Assembly: GCA_026025075.1 (NCBI GenBank)
Contig: JAPEUI010000133.1
Coordinates: forward strand, 1 to 40,546
DNA: 40,546 bases
From: Vezdaea acicularis
Lineage: Eukaryota
Direction: 5' to 3'
In this document: positions 38,714 to 40,546 of the stretch, piece after piece
Position numbering within the stretch: position 1 is the first letter of the stretch
Layout of the letters: each line of letters begins with the position of its first letter
Translations under genes and position numbers: made by a program
The notes under the pieces: generated by a model
What the model was told of the DNA's origin: nothing
Seen by the model: the letters and a program-made list of their open reading frames with translations, nothing else
The model's database searches: none

Positions 38714-39489
38714 CGCTTGCCTTTCAAGATACATACTGGCGTATTATTGGCATTGACGCGCACCATTCCTGGCCTCTTTGCTGAACGCTAATTGGATTGG
38801 ATCGAGTCAAGTTACGTCTGATCAACTACACATTTGTCAAATCTCGTTCTAAATCAACGGACTGCACTTAACACACGTCTCGACCCCTGAACATATCGTA
38901 TTTCAGCTTCTAACTCCTCAACTATAACATTAGAAAGCCCGTGAATTCATCAACAAAACTTCAATAGATATCTTGGTGTTTAAGGTTCCCCAACGGAAGC
39001 ACTCCTTAGCTCGAGGATAGAGTCGGCGAGCGGGTTTGTGTTTAAGACGACTGACTTCCGTGTCACGTTTCTTTCCGTAGTCACACAATGAGATTCTTCG
39101 ACGTGTACGTAGACGCAGCACTCTAAGTTCAGTGTATGAATGGCAAAATGATATTTCAATTTCTAATGACTCTGTGACGAAACAAAAACAAGGTCGTACT
39201 GAAAACCTGTGCACCGGGTTTGAAGATGGAGAAGCATATTGACCCACACTATACGCTAAAATTTTGCCGTTTCCACCAACGGAAAGAACAATTGAGGCCG
39301 AAAAGTGTCAGCTTAACCCCCCATAGCCGATTCGACTCTAAAGCAAGCCCATAGTACTCAATAAATCCGTCATCAATCTTCAAGCTCCTAGTACCGCCCA
39401 GCCCACACCTTCCTATAACTCCTACAGCAAAGCCCCAATTCAAATTTCAAGAATACGTAAATCAACTTAGCCGCCCGTACATTTCCGCA

Positions 39490-40108
39490 ATGGCGGATAT
39501 CGGCTCAGGTCAAAAAGCTGCCCTTTTCGAGACATTCGAGGCATCAGTCTCGTTGCTGACGCCTTCTTTAAGAACTCAATTCCTTTTGATCGGCGGCACT
39601 TCCCTTCTCTATCTCGGCAGCACACGAAAAACCGAAGACGTCGACATCGCCATCTCTGCTTCTGCTCTTCATTCTTTCGTGGAGGCCGCATGCCAGGACT
39701 TTCGATGACTGGACATACTGCTGCCAAGGGAAAAAAATCAAGGATATCGAGGTGCCGCTTGAATTTCTTCAGATGGATGGCGAGTTTGTAATGAAAATCA
39801 AAGTAATAAAGCCCATTGGGGAGGGCTTTCGTGCAAGCATGGGCGAATTAGCAAAAATGAAGGCGAGAGCATATTTCGGGCGTGGAGAAGAAGATCACGA
39901 CAGGAGAGATTTCATCTTTTTGCTAGAGAAGATGGAGAAGACAGGAGAGGGGTTTGAAGAGGTAGAATTAATGGGGGAGGATCTGGACAATATGAGGGGA
40001 GACAGCGTCAAACCAAGGAGGGAGATATCCAGACCTCTTAAAAAATCTGTTAGAAGGCGCCAGCAAACAGTGATAGCTGTATTCCCGAAGCTGAAGAGAA
40101 TCCCATAA
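39490..40108 (+). pseudogene. AbiEii-like (Pol-beta superfamily) nucleotidyltransferase, frameshifted
   Basis: N-terminal LIGGTS...G.TRKTEDVDI and C-terminal KMKARAYFGR....DRRD motifs lie in different frames. Stop at 39706-39708 with no GT donor nearby. A probable second frameshift lies in the G-run near 39996. Confidence 0.6.
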
Positions 40109-40141
40109 TCAACTCAATATGGAGTCTATCATACACGTCTA

Positions 40142-40546
40142 TTATGGCCTATCGATGACTCTCTCGTGCGTCTCATCTCTGTATGCAACGTCTTGCAATT
40201 CGTTGGTAGCCCAGACACTCGCTATTGAAAGATCGTATTTTCCTGGTATGCGATCAATGAGGCCGATTCCCACACTCCGCAGCTTTTGCCTGAGCATCTC
40301 GGCTTGCGGCTCTACCACCACACCAAAACTAGTTCTTACGAACTCATGCCACTTAATGAAAACCGTCTCCCACTCGCCAGGATTTTTCGCGCTAAGACGG
40401 TGCTGGTGAATATCAGTAGGCACAATTGAATCGGTTTGAAGATTCACAAAGTACTTCCGCCCATCTGATTTGACTCGCAGGGCAATATAAGTATAAGGGT
40501 CAATATCCCACAAGCTTCTTCCAAAAATGGTAGCCGGTCGATCCTT
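40142..40546 (-). CDS. CIA30: Complex I intermediate-associated protein CIA30 (NDUFAF1), 3' part
   Basis: WDIDPYTYIALRVKSDGRKYFVNLQTDSIVPTDIHQHRL...WETV.I.W..FVRT...GIGLIDR..G.YDL.I. Confidence 0.9.
   Translation of the reverse strand, partial: KDRPATIFGRSLWDIDPYTYIALRVKSDGRKYFVNLQTDSIVPTDIHQHRLSAKNPGEWETVFIKWHEFVRTSFGVVVEPQAEMLRQKLRSVGIGLIDRIPGKYDLSIASVWATNELQDVAYRDETHERVIDRP

Noticed and set aside
38930..39443. Short minus-strand ORFs downstream of MAT1-2-1; also looked for CaaX pheromone precursors around MAT
   Set aside because: No motif, non-ATG starts, and no CaaX-stop ORF found by eye.
1..40546. tRNA/rRNA genes, CRISPR arrays, intact transposons, intact MAT1-1-1 or APN2
   Set aside because: None recognisable; small snoRNAs cannot be excluded without covariance-model searches.

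Overview
Gene-dense region of a filamentous ascomycete (Pezizomycotina) genome, with short ~47-60 nt GT-AG introns and CTAAC/CTGAC branch sites. It contains the mating-type locus in its MAT1-2 form. Gene order: MED15/GAL11 (3' part), a long intergenic stretch, a small GPI cell-wall protein, PNPOx-like, NIPSNAP, SSZ1, RRP40, POP7, LIP2, RPN5, REV3, SLU7, RPS9, RPL21, SLA2, NVJ2/DUF2404-like, the MAT region, a frameshifted AbiEii-like nucleotidyltransferase, and CIA30 (partial). The MAT region holds a possible MAT1-1-1 3' remnant, a 3-exon accessory gene and MAT1-2-1 (HMG). The main observation concerns the accessory gene transcribed divergently from MAT1-2-1. Once spliced by hand, it encodes a gap-free degenerate homeodomain (F16-E17..F20..P26..L34..V45..W48-F49..K52-R53), with an intron in helix 3 and several residues shared with yeast MATa1. 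Pezizomycotina MAT loci are generally described as lacking homeodomain genes, so this may be a cryptic a1/a2-type (HD+HMG) gene pair. All calls come from manual reading and remembered family motifs; no searches were run.
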